Shown one piece after another: positions 61,973 to 64,000 of a DNA stretch of 64,000 bases. Every line of letters begins with the position of its first letter. The first letter of the stretch is position 1. The notes beneath the pieces are model-generated. The model made no database searches. It worked only from the letters and a program-made list of their open reading frames with translations, and was not told the origin of the DNA. The DNA comes from Niveibacterium sp. Lineage in GTDB: Bacteria > Pseudomonadota > Gammaproteobacteria > Burkholderiales > Rhodocyclaceae. Made by a program: the position numbers and the translations under genes. Location of the stretch: assembly GCF_041909475.1 (NCBI RefSeq), contig NZ_JAYRDJ010000019.1:11283-75282 (forward strand). The letters are read 5' to 3'.

Positions 61973-63017
61973 AGGCAACAATCGCGTTGGGAATCTTGTC
62001 GAGCCCGAGCAGCTCCTGCACACCACCGTGGCGCACCGCTTCCTTGGGCATGCCGAACACCACACAGCTCGCTTCGTCCTGCCCCAGCGTGCGGGCACCG
62101 GCGTCGAACATTTCCTTCAAGCCACGCGCACCGTCGTCACCCATGCCGGTCATGATGATGCCCAGCGCGTTCGGCCCGGCCGACTTGGCCACCGAGCGGA
62201 ACAGCACATCGACCGACGGCCGGTGGCGCGACACCAGCGGGCCGTCGATGACCTCGACCACATACTGAGCGCCATTGCGCTTGACCAGGGTATGCCGCCC
62301 ACCCGGCGCAATCAGCGCGCGCCCGGTGTGGATGCGGTCTCCGGTCGCAGCCTCCTTGACCTCGATCTGCGACAGGCTGTTCAAGCGCGCGGCGAAGCTG
62401 CTGGTGAAGCGCTCCGGCATATGCTGCACGATCACCAGGCCGGGCGCGGTGCGCGGCAGCGCCGGCAGCACGTATTCGAGCGCCTGGGTGCCGCCGGTGG
62501 AGACGCCGATCGCGACGAAGCGATCGGTCGTGCGCGCCATTGCAGCGCTGGGTCGCGGCGCCGACATGATCGCGTCGGCCGTGAGTTTGGGGGTCGCAAG
62601 TTTCACGTTGAGGCGCCGCGGATTCGCCGCCGCAGCCGCACGGATCGCCCCTGCAAGCTCGTCCTCGTTGTCGCGCAGGAAGCCGCCGACGCCGATCTGC
62701 GGCTTGGTGATGATGCTCACCGCGCCCGCCTCGAGCGCTTCCATCGTGATCTGCGCGCCCTTCTCGGTCAGAGAAGAACAGATCACCGTAGGCGTGGGCC
62801 GCTGCTGCATGATCTGCTTGAGGAAGGTGATGCCGTCCATGCGCGGCATCTCCACGTCGAGCAACAGCACATCCGGCCAGTTCTTCTGCATCTGCGCGAG
62901 CGCGAAGATCGGGTCCGACGCGGTCGCGATCACCGAGATATCCGGGTGCTGGCGCAGCACTTCCTGCACCACCTGACGTACCACCGCGGAATCGTCCACC
63001 ACCATCACACGGATCAT
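61962..63017 (-). CDS. cheB: Chemotaxis methylesterase/glutaminase
   Basis: REC plus GVSTGG, QHMP, RHRPSVD.LF, TGMG.DG. Confidence 0.97.
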   Translation of the reverse strand: MIRVMVVDDSAVVRQVVQEVLRQHPDISVIATASDPIFALAQMQKNWPDVLLLDVEMPRMDGITFLKQIMQQRPTPTVICSSLTEKGAQITMEALEAGAVSIITKPQIGVGGFLRDNEDELAGAIRAAAAANPRRLNVKLATPKLTADAIMSAPRPSAAMARTTDRFVAIGVSTGGTQALEYVLPALPRTAPGLVIVQHMPERFTSSFAARLNSLSQIEVKEAATGDRIHTGRALIAPGGRHTLVKRNGAQYVVEVIDGPLVSRHRPSVDVLFRSVAKSAGPNALGIIMTGMGDDGARGLKEMFDAGARTLGQDEASCVVFGMPKEAVRHGGVQELLGLDKIPNAIVAYGR

Positions 63018-63505
63018 TGTTCAAACCCTTTCGCGGGAAGCTGGATCGCGCCCTGGCGGTGACTGACCCACACATCGCCGGTGCCGACCATGAAACGCAG
63101 CACGCGGTGGCCAGTGCCTTCCACATGCTCACGCACGATTGTCAGGCCGGATTGACCGAGCAGGTCGCGCAGGGCGCGCACATTGTCGCCACCGACTTCG
63201 GAGCCGCTGGCAAACACCTGCGCACCGCCGAACAGTTTGCACTGGCACTCGGTCACGCTGATGCCGTGATCGCGCAGGCTGTTCTGCATCGCGCGCCACG
63301 CCTCATCGGCAAAACGCGTGTCCTCGGCCGGCGCGCCATTCCGCCGCCTTGCCCCCCTGTGCGCCGGCAGCACGATATGGCTCATCACGCCAATGCGGCG
63401 CAGCGGATGCCACAGCGTTACCGCGACACAGGAGCCGAGGATCGCGCGCAGTTCGTCCTCGGGCCCGCCGACCACGATGTCGCCTGCATGCACATGGCGG
63501 ATCAT
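63014..63505 (-). CDS. cheD: Chemoreceptor glutamine deamidase
   Basis: LGSCVAV.LW, SHIVLP, KLFGG, NV; catalytic Cys and His present. Confidence 0.9.
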   Translation of the reverse strand: MIRHVHAGDIVVGGPEDELRAILGSCVAVTLWHPLRRIGVMSHIVLPAHRGARRRNGAPAEDTRFADEAWRAMQNSLRDHGISVTECQCKLFGGAQVFASGSEVGGDNVRALRDLLGQSGLTIVREHVEGTGHRVLRFMVGTGDVWVSHRQGAIQLPAKGFEQ

Positions 63506-64000
63506 GCTGACACCACCCGGTAGACGGAGTGGCCCTCGGCACGCAAGGGCAGATCTAGCTCCTGCAAACTCTCCGAACGGCCGATGAAAAGCCAGCCGCC
63601 GACCGGCATGCGTTCGATCACGCGCAGCACGATCTCGCGCTTTGCCGCCGCGTCGAAGTAGATCAGTACATTGCGCAGGAACACCACATCGAAGCGACCC
63701 AAGGTGGGGCGGCTGTCGAACAGGTTGTGCTGCAGAAAGCTCACGCGCTCGCGCAGTGCGCGCTCGATGAGCAGGTAACCCTCGTACTGCCCGGTACCGC
63801 GCCGGCAGTAGCTGCGCAGGAAGTGCCGCGGCATCGCATCGAGCCGTGCCTGGCGATAGAGCCCACGCCGCGCGTGCTGCACCATGCGCTGCGACAGATC
63901 GGTGCCGACCAGGTCCCAGCCCTCGCGCCCGACGACATGGTCGAGCTGCATGGCAAGGCTGTAGCACTCTTCACCCGATGAGCATGCAGCCGACCATAAC
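63502..64000 (-). CDS. cheR: Chemotaxis protein methyltransferase (5' end lies outside the window)
   Basis: WSAACSSGEE, GTDLS, HNL, FDV.FLRNVLIYF, GG.LFIG.SESL. Confidence 0.95.
   Translation of the reverse strand, partial: LWSAACSSGEECYSLAMQLDHVVGREGWDLVGTDLSQRMVQHARRGLYRQARLDAMPRHFLRSYCRRGTGQYEGYLLIERALRERVSFLQHNLFDSRPTLGRFDVVFLRNVLIYFDAAAKREIVLRVIERMPVGGWLFIGRSESLQELDLPLRAEGHSVYRVVSA

Overview
GC-rich betaproteobacterial chromosome segment (Rhodocyclales-like judged from gene content and order; not confirmed by any search). Core blocks: coaX-birA; glnA-DUF4124-ntrB-ntrC; rhodanese-nadA; ybhP-clsB; hutC/hutUHGI; polA; LOG-thrB; nadD-rsfS-rlmH-maf ... rng; ruvA; and the distal end of a chemosensory operon (cheR-cheD-cheB-REC/EAL). 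Three accessory stretches interrupt these blocks. (i) An orphan T6SS island at 10.4-18.9 kb: vgrG, DUF4123 adaptor, two DUF3304-like immunity genes and a Tle1/DUF2235 lipase effector. A diverged 79-codon copy of the effector 5' end is fused in frame to the second immunity gene. (ii) A 23.5-34.8 kb patchwork: a GH31 plus esterase lipoprotein pair, a TetR-operator-Tat sulfatase unit, a small orphan ORF with a SANTA-like motif, and an HExxH orphan. (iii) A beta-barrel / small periplasmic-binding-like protein / HAMP-PAS-GGDEF triad plus an HI0933 flavoprotein, inserted between maf and rng. I saw no tRNA, rRNA, CRISPR array, integrase or transposase. All product calls rest on motif recognition by eye; no database was run. 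Start codons were often moved from the longest ORF to a more plausible internal start.
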